This document shows positions 39,901 to 48,002 of a DNA stretch of 64,000 bases, piece by piece. Origin of the DNA: a virus; the IMG/VR virus record IMGVR_UViG_3300033072_000750. The stretch is one strand, 5' to 3'. Numbering within the stretch: the stretch's first letter is position 1; each line of letters begins with the position of its first letter. A program made the translations under genes and the position numbers. A model generated the notes under the pieces. It did no database searches. It was not told the origin of the DNA and saw only the letters and a list, made by a program, of their open reading frames with translations.

Positions 39901-41087
39901 CAGCAGCTCAAGCCTTCCTGAAATCATACAATGATGTTGCAAACGCCTTTAGATTAAAAGAAAAGTATGGTGCGTGGACACCTCGCTCTACTGTTTTGTT
40001 TTGGAATGGTGCAACCAATATGGCTGTTGGTGCTACCCTGTTTGGGCTAAGGGGATTAAGGGTACCAATTGCGATAAATGAGTTTTCGCTGGCGTCTAGT
40101 CCGAATCCATCATCTGTACCAGACACTGCTGCGACTTTAGCCTTTGATAATATAGCAAGGTTCTTGAATTTTGATTCCGATTTTAGGCAACGAACCAAAG
40201 AAGGAATAATGGGTTCGTTGGCTGGCGGGGCAACTTTTTTTAGGCAATTGATGATTCCATTTCTAGGTTATTCGCAAGGCTTGCCAATAGCACTCGCTAG
40301 TGGACAGAAAGTTACCAGTAGTGGGCTGTCATCATTTAAAAATTTAATAGATGGAATGATGACAGCTTGGGCACAAGGCGATATTAATGAAATGAGGATA
40401 GGGGCACAAAAAGCTTTGGAAGATGCAATGAATCCATTAATTCCAAAGGATGTTAATTCTATTGTTACGTCCCATGTTGATAATTTGGCACTCGATCCTA
40501 CGGGAAGAAACTATTTGTCTAATATCGATCCCACTGCACCGTTTCAGAAGATGGATATTGTGTCCAAGAATCTACCTTTATTAAAAGGGTTGCCTGCTGA
40601 CTACGAGGGGAAGCAAGGAGTTTCGTACGGAGAAGCTGATACACGGATAATCCAAAAATATAGTAGGTATAAAACCGTAGACGACTTTTCTAAACCAGAA
40701 GTTTTTGATAAATTTCTAGACGAGGTCGAAACTATTTATTCGGATAGTGAAAAAATAAAAAAGATTGCTGAAACAATAATTGATAATATTGAAGATGTCG
40801 GAAAGCCCAGGGTGTATACTGGATTTAAAAAATATGTTGGTGATTTTGCTACTATTAACCCAGAGGTACTAAAGGATGATCCAATAATTGAGGGGCTGTC
40901 GGAGCATGATGCAGTAGTTATCTGTGCAAATTCGATACTATACGAAAAAGAAAAGAAATCAGCTAACGTATTATTATTGGCTGGGAAGATTCCTTTAGAC
41001 CCAGATAAGCAAGACGAGTTTTTTGATAAAGTAGCAGAAGAACGAGATAAAATAGAACTAAGAAAAGAAAGGAAAAGAGAAGAATGA
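36915..41087 (+). CDS. large putative ejection protein with three ~190-aa repeats
   Basis: 1390 aa, helical; repeats start at PISNL, PISSV, PITNI. Confidence 0.55.
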   Translation: MDPDFFKKLFPSSVESLEGANTNNVAGAIARSPLPLITGLGVGAAKGIVSDLPVYGWNALAGLGNIVQGKDPNDEFIRKYEEGARNLAIAPANFISNAMRGMVGLDPVEANSQDALRSAEAGLFTGAMASPNLLHKIPVVNKIPSPIPNVPVGDLLEGGLIGKAGAATASASTVLPKGLASVIRGGEEVSPVVKYPNIKGEKMEGLANFLNPKSTTNYIGDYDPNIFAELQSRYDAPISNLKDLTGPLGKKYADYERDKKFLGLRPNKQEFINNELKNINTSDDAKVLLKDKFNDSLTEYKAAYDPREAKANYERNVARFLDPKDLATKDASSLIGSATNLAKNHFEELKRLQLEGAPQEKLLKADETFQATKAKIYDDFAKLPEGENLKGLFDESFSINKLADTQGELNNLITTKPIPTFQKLQPLTGEPISSVPELARNLFQKYDILDDATKSTVSFEKYLGNNLKSLNLPPQEASKLKVGISDFLDDYQKIQNKDQIVANYENAMDKIREGVKVPPEKLINSATEYLLVQNAESELVKFANPEQYAQLQQNLLRTRTSIIDELSALDPSENLVNGFVGKADRLLDARNQAANDLHVMVNTPPLSIAEQASSIYKRPITNIDELTNASYNKFQQKLSLAKEKGLNVDSNRFINSEVASFAASPQEKQALKSYLQDKFSWYKSSYDPEEAAKSYNRSLNRFQLKTYKQEASPTELLNSAKNYTVSKFNQIRDYDFYENSKLAETASVDMNALKEKIVGDLTKIDPDGSKGLVGEYLSSFDSGMISKLNRFSNFFKVEPAFGDMYQVGVSYPSVVLNNAYKLGVDPAKYVGGGFKWSQEHSQLIKSQILDYYKTLQDTLESTRLESSKAGKFAKPMNSVLSAFNDFAFAAQSGPRETMIKHVFVPEAYGQIKKWAEKTGKIVEGTPEFNRAVINHTIQIMRDTGMVPDESKYLFKKAGEVKIGKHLDDMVRDWKAEGNISKEIKSASMFMNTWVKPAAQAFLKSYNDVANAFRLKEKYGAWTPRSTVLFWNGATNMAVGATLFGLRGLRVPIAINEFSLASSPNPSSVPDTAATLAFDNIARFLNFDSDFRQRTKEGIMGSLAGGATFFRQLMIPFLGYSQGLPIALASGQKVTSSGLSSFKNLIDGMMTAWAQGDINEMRIGAQKALEDAMNPLIPKDVNSIVTSHVDNLALDPTGRNYLSNIDPTAPFQKMDIVSKNLPLLKGLPADYEGKQGVSYGEADTRIIQKYSRYKTVDDFSKPEVFDKFLDEVETIYSDSEKIKKIAETIIDNIEDVGKPRVYTGFKKYVGDFATINPEVLKDDPIIEGLSEHDAVVICANSILYEKEKKSANVLLLAGKIPLDPDKQDEFFDKVAEERDKIELRKERKREE

Positions 41088-42847
41088 GTAGTGGTAGCGG
41101 ACAAAACTTTGGGTTAAATGGATGGCTTTATACTGCTAATGAGCTAGCTAGCCATATTACATCTGAATATTTTGTAAGAATTAAAAACTTAATGTATAGC
41201 CCTATGAACATATTGTCTTCAAGGCAAGGGTTAGAACCAGTACATTATTTTATCAATCCTAATAGTTTAACAGGAAAAGAGCCTATTAATGGTTTAATTT
41301 CACCTACTTTTACTGCTAGTGATAACGTAGATTACATTTTACCTGGAATAGAAACTAGAACGCTAGAAAATTTTGGCGATTCATTAGTATTTGGTGGTCC
41401 AAATTCAAGTACTTTCCACATTGTCCCATTCACATTGACACCAGGAGAAGTTTCTAAACACTACGAGTATATTGCTAAGGATGACAGTGGAAACATCGTT
41501 TTTGGGGACGAGAGAGGAGGGTTCCATGTATATAATGGTAAGCCTGTATTTTGGAATGGAAGAGGAACGTATCAAGTTTTTGCTAGAACAATATCAGAAA
41601 CTGGTTTTACTTCATTAAACAATGACATATTGACATTAGAAGACCAAACTATTGTTGCTGCCGAAACGTTTGAGAATAGACTAGTGGTAGCTTCATTGCA
41701 GGGTTATTTGATGTGGTCTCAACCTAATTGGGATGGAGTCAGTGTTTGGCAAGATTCTATAGGTAATAGTACTAACTATTTACAACTAACAACTGACCCA
41801 GGTGAAGTGGTTGAGTTTATTAAGGCGTTTAGAGGTGGTTTAATCGTATCTACAAAGAAGACTTCTTCTCAATCGGGGAGAATATTAAACATTCCTACTC
41901 TTGATCCTACTGCTTTGCAAGTAATTGATACTGGTGTAGATTCTTTCTTCGCTAGAAACTCTGTTATCACCTCAACTGACCAAATGGTGGGTATTTCTCC
42001 TCAAGGTGTATTGAACATCTCGTACGACTCATTAGCAAGAACAGCAAAAGCTGAATTTAATCAAACTGCACCTATTATGGAGTATTTGCATGAAGTGTTC
42101 TTTGATAATACTGTATTTCCGTATTTGAACTCTACTTTAGACGCTAAAAGAAGAAAAGCTTACTTTATACATGATTGGTCTGTTAATGGACAACGTAAAT
42201 CAAAGATATTACAGTTTGACATAAGTGCTGATAAGTGGACTTTGCTAGAAAGCGATTTATGTATTCAGAAAATCTTTTCTATGTATGATCACATTTGTTG
42301 TGCTGGTTGGAGTAGAGTGAATGATAGATTAGTATTAAACATTTGGTCTTTTTCTGATATTAATGTTGATGTTAAAACAAACGCTTACAAAGAGACTATT
42401 GATGGTAGGGATTACTTTTATTGGGTGGAGGAAGATGAATTACCTTACGAAAAATCATTTGTTACTGGTACTTTAAATATTTCAGGAGTTGGACCTAATG
42501 AAGTTCCTGGTACTGGACAAATGCCAAGACAAGTTTTACTATCTTTTACAGATCCAATAGAATTTGCGTTAAATTTCCGCACTTTTATGAAAGATAGTTG
42601 GGGTGGTTCTGTGGAAGATGTACTGCCTTGTAAAGTAGAATATCCAACTGATAATGAAAGATGGTCTCAAGGACAAAAGAATATTGGTGGTAAGTGGGAT
42701 TACACTTTAAAGCTTCACGAAATGTATAGAAGGCAAGTTATGCCACTACCAAATAATGATGAGTATTTTCAAATAATGTTTAAATCCACTGGCGATGCTA
42801 GGATACAAATACATTCAATCTTAAAAGATACTGGTTTAAAGAGTTAA
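41084..42847 (+). CDS. putative tail nozzle / DNA stabilisation protein
   Basis: beta-propeller-like pattern (FENRLVVA, LMWSQP, GLIVS), 587 aa, podovirus tail position. Confidence 0.6.
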   Translation: MSSGSGQNFGLNGWLYTANELASHITSEYFVRIKNLMYSPMNILSSRQGLEPVHYFINPNSLTGKEPINGLISPTFTASDNVDYILPGIETRTLENFGDSLVFGGPNSSTFHIVPFTLTPGEVSKHYEYIAKDDSGNIVFGDERGGFHVYNGKPVFWNGRGTYQVFARTISETGFTSLNNDILTLEDQTIVAAETFENRLVVASLQGYLMWSQPNWDGVSVWQDSIGNSTNYLQLTTDPGEVVEFIKAFRGGLIVSTKKTSSQSGRILNIPTLDPTALQVIDTGVDSFFARNSVITSTDQMVGISPQGVLNISYDSLARTAKAEFNQTAPIMEYLHEVFFDNTVFPYLNSTLDAKRRKAYFIHDWSVNGQRKSKILQFDISADKWTLLESDLCIQKIFSMYDHICCAGWSRVNDRLVLNIWSFSDINVDVKTNAYKETIDGRDYFYWVEEDELPYEKSFVTGTLNISGVGPNEVPGTGQMPRQVLLSFTDPIEFALNFRTFMKDSWGGSVEDVLPCKVEYPTDNERWSQGQKNIGGKWDYTLKLHEMYRRQVMPLPNNDEYFQIMFKSTGDARIQIHSILKDTGLKS

Positions 42848-42853
42848 TGCTCT

Positions 42854-42938
42854 GGCGGAAGGATCCAAAAAAGAGGTATTGAAAAAATGAAAACAAAAAT
42901 TAAAAAGAAAGGAAGTTAAACAAAACACCTTCCGCCTA
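42854..42938 (-). ncRNA. candidate small RNA: 9-bp GC stem closing a U-rich loop
   Basis: GGCGGAAGG/CCTTCCGCC inverted repeat; promoter CGTGGTATGAT at 42944-42954. Confidence 0.55.
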
Positions 42939-42955
42939 CTAATATCATACCACGC

Positions 42956-44329
42956 TTAGTTATTTTCTAACAGAGATTTTTCATATTCAATGATGTAATT
43001 AACTATTGATTCTGAGAATCCTGTAATATTTAACCAATTGATACCATAGCCGATACCATTCTTTTCGGAAGAAATATTGATTAAATAATTTCTTTTACCA
43101 TAAGCGTGGGCGGTGGACGGATTACATTTTCTGTCGCAATCTTGTTCGTCTGTGATAACTATTACCCTGTCTGCATTATTTTCTTTTTCGTATGTATAAT
43201 CCATAACCTGCTTTAAAAATATTCCGCCGCCACCTAATTTATTGAATGATTCGTGGATTTTTTCACCTAAAGCAAAACCGTGCCGAGATGGTATTAATTC
43301 TGTTTTATGTATCATAGTGCCATCGTTACCTGCTGTGCAATATATATTAACTTCATTAGAAGCTTCTCGAAATAATATTGTCATTGCTTTTGCGGCATCT
43401 AGCCTACTTAGCTCTGTTTTAGATGATAGTTGTCCGTGCATACTTCCTGAGACATCGACAATAATGATAGTTTTACCCACTAATTTCTCTTGGTTACTTA
43501 GGGATCTGAACATTGCACTTTCAAGTTCTACTTCGAACTTTGGTGCATATTTTGCGGCAGAGAGGAATCTAAATGGAAGTACCCTTGTTGCGTCCATAGA
43601 GTCCAAGCCATGCTTAATAATATCGTCAGAAACACCAGAGGCTTGCATGTTCCTTAGATTCCTAAGCAAAGCTAACCCACCAAGTTTATTTTCAGTAATT
43701 AACCTTTCCCAAGTTTCTTTTTTACCTTTTCCTGTTGATAAAGCAACTTCCCAAGTATCTGGTGTAGTTAATGTTCTTTCTAATATTTTCTTGTAAAGAT
43801 TCTTTCTTTCTTCGTTGTGTGGCTTTGGGTGGCACAAACGCAAAGCGTCTTTAAGCTTAATCTTTCCATCTCGATCGTATTTGGCAAATTGGTACTCATT
43901 AAACTTCTCAAATGCTTTGGCTAAGCCCTTTTTAGCTTGATTAGAAAGAGGTTGCCTTTTATCTTTCCAATAAATAGCTAAAAATTCTGTAATTTCATCT
44001 GGTCGTTGAATTATTCTAGTTAGAAGTTCTGCGGTGCGATGCTTGTGTTTTGAGTTATTAGCCATTAATCTAGCTAATAATAGTGGTACATGTCTTAATT
44101 TAGATTTTTCTCTAGCTTCGACTGCTATGTTAAAGAGAGTATCTGTGTTTACTTGATTTGCTGTGTTTGATATTCTTTCGGCTATACTTTCCCCGTCTTC
44201 ATAGAAAGTATTTTCCCACAACATGCAGGCTAATACAGTACGCCTTAATTGTTGCTCTGGATTAATATGTTTAGCGACCCCACCTTCATGGGTTCTAAGT
44301 GTTTCTGGTTTTGTGTTTAATTTTGCCAT
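42956..44329 (-). CDS. Ro60 / TROVE-vWA RNA-binding protein (Rsr-like)
   Basis: THEGG start, FYEDG, IIQRPDE, EYQFAKY, TWE, ALLRNLRNM, vWA MIDAS DVSGSM and ITDEQ. Confidence 0.92.
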   Translation of the reverse strand: MAKLNTKPETLRTHEGGVAKHINPEQQLRRTVLACMLWENTFYEDGESIAERISNTANQVNTDTLFNIAVEAREKSKLRHVPLLLARLMANNSKHKHRTAELLTRIIQRPDEITEFLAIYWKDKRQPLSNQAKKGLAKAFEKFNEYQFAKYDRDGKIKLKDALRLCHPKPHNEERKNLYKKILERTLTTPDTWEVALSTGKGKKETWERLITENKLGGLALLRNLRNMQASGVSDDIIKHGLDSMDATRVLPFRFLSAAKYAPKFEVELESAMFRSLSNQEKLVGKTIIIVDVSGSMHGQLSSKTELSRLDAAKAMTILFREASNEVNIYCTAGNDGTMIHKTELIPSRHGFALGEKIHESFNKLGGGGIFLKQVMDYTYEKENNADRVIVITDEQDCDRKCNPSTAHAYGKRNYLINISSEKNGIGYGINWLNITGFSESIVNYIIEYEKSLLENN

Positions 44330-44341
44330 AATAATAAAAAA

Positions 44342-44406
44342 TGGGCGGAAAATTTAAAACGGGGTTGTTCTGCAATAATGAAGTAACCGTTTTAATCGCC
44401 AGCCCA
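44342..44406 (-). ncRNA. Y RNA-like element B
   Basis: GGGC-U-GG-C-GA pairs with UUCC-GCCC; upper stem UUAAAACGG/CCGUUUUAA; directly upstream of Ro60. Confidence 0.72.
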
Positions 44407-44411
44407 AGGTT

Positions 44412-44476
44412 AGGGGAGGAATAGTCGTTTATAGTTTATTTTCTAACCTGAAGTAACTATAAACTTCGCCATCCTT
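44412..44476 (-). ncRNA. Y RNA-like element A
   Basis: GGA-U-GG-C-GA pairs with UUCC-UCC; upper stem GUUUAUAGUU/AACUAUAAAC; starts at the predicted TSS of CGTGGTATATT (44483-44493). Confidence 0.72.
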
Positions 44477-44504
44477 AATATTAATATACCACGATTTTTG
44501 TTTT

Positions 44505-45302
44505 TTAACACAAAAATTTATCTGTCGTTGCAATAATATCTTTCCCTTTGTTTAATACCGACATGTAGTGTTCGATTGCATGCTCTATTGGTAGTGGAAC
44601 TATACCATGAGGGAATTCCATCAAAACATAAAGAGAATAACCTCTTCCTTCTAACATATTACGTATTTCAGTTAGCCCTATATCGTCTGTTCTGTATGAA
44701 TTGCCGTATTCTAATTGAATGTTTTGGATAAAAGCTGGATACAAATATTCTCCGCACCCTCTCAAGCATTCGTATTCGTGTCCTTCTGTGTCTATCTTAA
44801 GGATATCAATTGTTTTAATTCCTTGCTCATCCATGAAGTCTTTAATGGTTGTAGTTTTAACTATTTGTTGAGATATTTCTCCTTCTTTAAACACTTCTCT
44901 GTAGTTAAACGAAGCCCATTCTCTAGTGTTAAAATCATTACCCGTTTGATGTGAAGTTGGGACAATTAATGTTTTGTGATCTACTTTATCAGATACTGCT
45001 AAATCGTAAACTTTAAATGGTAAGTTGTCTTTAACTTCTTGTGGTACAGCTTTGTCGTCTTTTATTTTGCCATACCTAGCTAGTATTGAGTGCGGGTGCT
45101 CGTAGCTTAGATGATGATATTGTGGTTCAAACAAATAAGAAGTAAATGATTTTTCTGTAAGCATCGAAAAATGTATTAGCTGTGATGAATAAAAGCCAAT
45201 GTTTGCACCTACGTCAAAAACTACTACGTGTTTAGAGTCTGTTCTATCTAGAACTTTAAGTTGAAATTCGTATTCTGGTCTTGTTACTGGGTTGATTCTC
45301 AT
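44505..45302 (-). CDS. FkbM family methyltransferase
   Basis: FDVGANIGFYS, LFEP, LKIDTEGHE, IQLEY. Confidence 0.9.
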   Translation of the reverse strand: MRINPVTRPEYEFQLKVLDRTDSKHVVVFDVGANIGFYSSQLIHFSMLTEKSFTSYLFEPQYHHLSYEHPHSILARYGKIKDDKAVPQEVKDNLPFKVYDLAVSDKVDHKTLIVPTSHQTGNDFNTREWASFNYREVFKEGEISQQIVKTTTIKDFMDEQGIKTIDILKIDTEGHEYECLRGCGEYLYPAFIQNIQLEYGNSYRTDDIGLTEIRNMLEGRGYSLYVLMEFPHGIVPLPIEHAIEHYMSVLNKGKDIIATTDKFLC

Positions 45303-45364
45303 TGTTATTGTGCATTAGTACATATATTGTACCACGGATGGGTATAATTAACTTGGAATTAATT

Positions 45365-46960
45365 ATGTACTTACCATTTTCAAAACTTTCACGACTACCC
45401 TCTTTAGCTAACTTTGAACCCTTTAGGAAACAGTTGGCACATTTTTACACGCTTTTAAATAGATTAACAAATTCAAAGACTTATGTCGATTTATTTAGTA
45501 ATCAAGCAATAGCAACCCCAGTTCTTCCAGATACTGATAAATTTAATATTGATAAGAACTTAGTATTAACTGGAATAAACCAAATCCCTAATATCCCAGA
45601 TACAACAGCAGTTTTTATTAGTGGTACTACTGATACTTTAAACACTGGAACTGACCACATGTTTGTTAAAGGAATGCCAGTTATTTTCCGTGAATCTGGT
45701 GGTACGGTCAATTCCCTACAAGATAAATCCCTATACTGGATTTATGACACACCAACTAGTAGCACTTTAAGATTATCAAAGAATGCTACCTCTACCCCAA
45801 TAACCGTAATAGGTGGTACTAGTGGCACATTTAATCTAACTTTTGCTCAACCTTTCGACAAGTTAAACGAATCTTCGTTACAACGCATAAACAACACTTT
45901 CCCAGCTCCTCAACCTGGTGCTTTAGCTTATGGGGATGTGGACACTAATGGTAATAGCACTCTGTATTATTATGCAGCTAGTACTGCTGGCACTAACACT
46001 GCTACTGGTTACAGAATGGCTAAATTGGGATGGGCTGGTGGTAATGGTTATTTAAATAATAATTCAACTTTTATTAGCACTTTTACTGGTTTTCCCCATG
46101 GGGTTGGTAATTACAAAATAATTACTTCTTCTAATGCTATTAAGATTCAATTTGATTACATTGAAGTAGTAGAGTACTTAACTGGTGCTAGAGACATTGT
46201 GCAAGGAGTTAGAACTGTACCAGTTACTGATTACAATGTATCTATCTTTGCTACAACTGCTGGTATTAACTCAATAGATAATGGCATAGTAATAGGAAAT
46301 ACTGGATATTGGGTTTATATAGTTTACAACCCAGAAAGTGAAAAGTATGGTGCAGTAATATCTCTGAGCAAAGATTTCCCGTTTTTCCCAACAGATCCTG
46401 ATACTGGTACTCAATATAGATTCTTCCAGAGAATCGGATGGGTTAAGACTGATGCAACTGCTTCTTTCTTTCCATCATTACAAGTAAATAATAAATTCTG
46501 CTTTTTAGCCAAACCTGATGCCACTTTAACGGCAACATTTTCTGGGTTGGGAACCTCTACTCCACAGAGTATAGTAGAAATAACAACTACACAAGGGGAT
46601 TTATATCCTAGCCCAGAATACCTACAAACAGTAGATATGTACTTGGGTTTTGTTGGAACTGGTGCTAATAATAGTAATCCTAGACTTATCCAATATAGCA
46701 TAGACGGAAATACAAACTTTGATAATCTTTATGGGTTTAGGAGTTATGGTGCTGTGAGCAATCAAGTGTATCCAGATTTTGCTATTCCTGATAATCATTC
46801 AACTACTTTAAGGATACTGCACACTCAAAATGGTGTAGCATCCACTTCTGTATCTACTTCTGGTACTACTATTTCAACAACTTTATCAACTTCTACTGAT
46901 ATTACTTCGTTAAAAACCTATATATTCGGTGGAGAATTTAATGGAGGTATTTACGTTTGA
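45365..46960 (+). CDS. tail/structural protein (start moved from 45302)
   Basis: T/G/S-rich beta protein; ATG follows GGTATAAT; YWVYIV...YRFFQRIGWV fibre-like domain. Confidence 0.6.
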   Translation: MYLPFSKLSRLPSLANFEPFRKQLAHFYTLLNRLTNSKTYVDLFSNQAIATPVLPDTDKFNIDKNLVLTGINQIPNIPDTTAVFISGTTDTLNTGTDHMFVKGMPVIFRESGGTVNSLQDKSLYWIYDTPTSSTLRLSKNATSTPITVIGGTSGTFNLTFAQPFDKLNESSLQRINNTFPAPQPGALAYGDVDTNGNSTLYYYAASTAGTNTATGYRMAKLGWAGGNGYLNNNSTFISTFTGFPHGVGNYKIITSSNAIKIQFDYIEVVEYLTGARDIVQGVRTVPVTDYNVSIFATTAGINSIDNGIVIGNTGYWVYIVYNPESEKYGAVISLSKDFPFFPTDPDTGTQYRFFQRIGWVKTDATASFFPSLQVNNKFCFLAKPDATLTATFSGLGTSTPQSIVEITTTQGDLYPSPEYLQTVDMYLGFVGTGANNSNPRLIQYSIDGNTNFDNLYGFRSYGAVSNQVYPDFAIPDNHSTTLRILHTQNGVASTSVSTSGTTISTTLSTSTDITSLKTYIFGGEFNGGIYV

Positions 46961-47994
46961 ACCAATATTCACCACTAATTAGACAAGACAACTCGCCTTA
47001 CATTCTTTGGCAAGCAGATGAAATTAATAGAGAATTAGATAATATGGGATCTAATACATCTCAATTAGATTCAATATTATTAGATACTACTTCTACTCAA
47101 GTAATACAAGGACAAAAAACGTTTTTTAACCTTTACCTTGATAATCCACCAACGTATGATACTACGATGGACTGGATAGAAGCTGATATTTCCCCTTTGT
47201 CTGGGGCAGGTTACAGAACAATTACAAGTGATGCTCCTGAAGAATTGGCAATTGACAAACAAAACCCTTCTGGTGTAACTATGAAATTAGCAGGTAAGAA
47301 CCCTTCGTTTATGCCTGCAAGGATTAATGCTTCGTGTACCAATGGGACTACAATTAATCTAGATTGTAGAAATTTACCCTTAGCAGCCTATGATCCTAGT
47401 AAATTAGGTCAAAAACCATCATCTAATGGAGATTATGTAGAGCCGTTTTATTGGGCAACGTCTGTAAATAGTACAGGGACAGCACAACTTAATGGGACTA
47501 ATTCCTCGGAAAACTTATGCACTTATGGGACGGGAAATGGTCGCTATGAAGTTTATGTTGCATATAAGGACTCGGTTGGTACGTCAGATATCTTTTTGGT
47601 TCAAGAAGGAAACGAAGCAAACATTAGTTCCGACTACAAATACTTCAAGAAAGCTTCCTTTTTTAGTGTTGATTCAACGACTGGCACTGTTATTCCATTT
47701 ACTCAGGATGCTGGAGTCTACTCACTTTTTAGAAAAGACACTTTATCCAACTTACCAAACTATATTAAAAGCAGTTGTATCGTTAAAGGATTTGTTTCTG
47801 GTGGTGGGTATTCTTTTGAGAACAACGGACTATTTATTTATAACGATGATCTTCCTGGTTCAACTGGTAAACCGATAAAAGAAGACCATTATATAACAAA
47901 TATACCAATGGTATGGAGCTTAGGTAGTTATTTGAATGTATATTCACCAACTACGATTTATTTTGACACTATTTATTTTGGTAACATGTTTTAG
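46957..47994 (+). CDS. tail/structural protein
   Basis: QVIQGQKTF fibre-shaft motif; coupled. Confidence 0.55.
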   Translation: MNQYSPLIRQDNSPYILWQADEINRELDNMGSNTSQLDSILLDTTSTQVIQGQKTFFNLYLDNPPTYDTTMDWIEADISPLSGAGYRTITSDAPEELAIDKQNPSGVTMKLAGKNPSFMPARINASCTNGTTINLDCRNLPLAAYDPSKLGQKPSSNGDYVEPFYWATSVNSTGTAQLNGTNSSENLCTYGTGNGRYEVYVAYKDSVGTSDIFLVQEGNEANISSDYKYFKKASFFSVDSTTGTVIPFTQDAGVYSLFRKDTLSNLPNYIKSSCIVKGFVSGGGYSFENNGLFIYNDDLPGSTGKPIKEDHYITNIPMVWSLGSYLNVYSPTTIYFDTIYFGNMF

Positions 47995-48002
47995 GAGACA
48001 GA

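Noticed and set aside
43242..43796. 184-aa plus-strand ORF and similar antisense ORFs inside long genes
   Set aside because: Antisense shadows of well-supported genes, with no motifs
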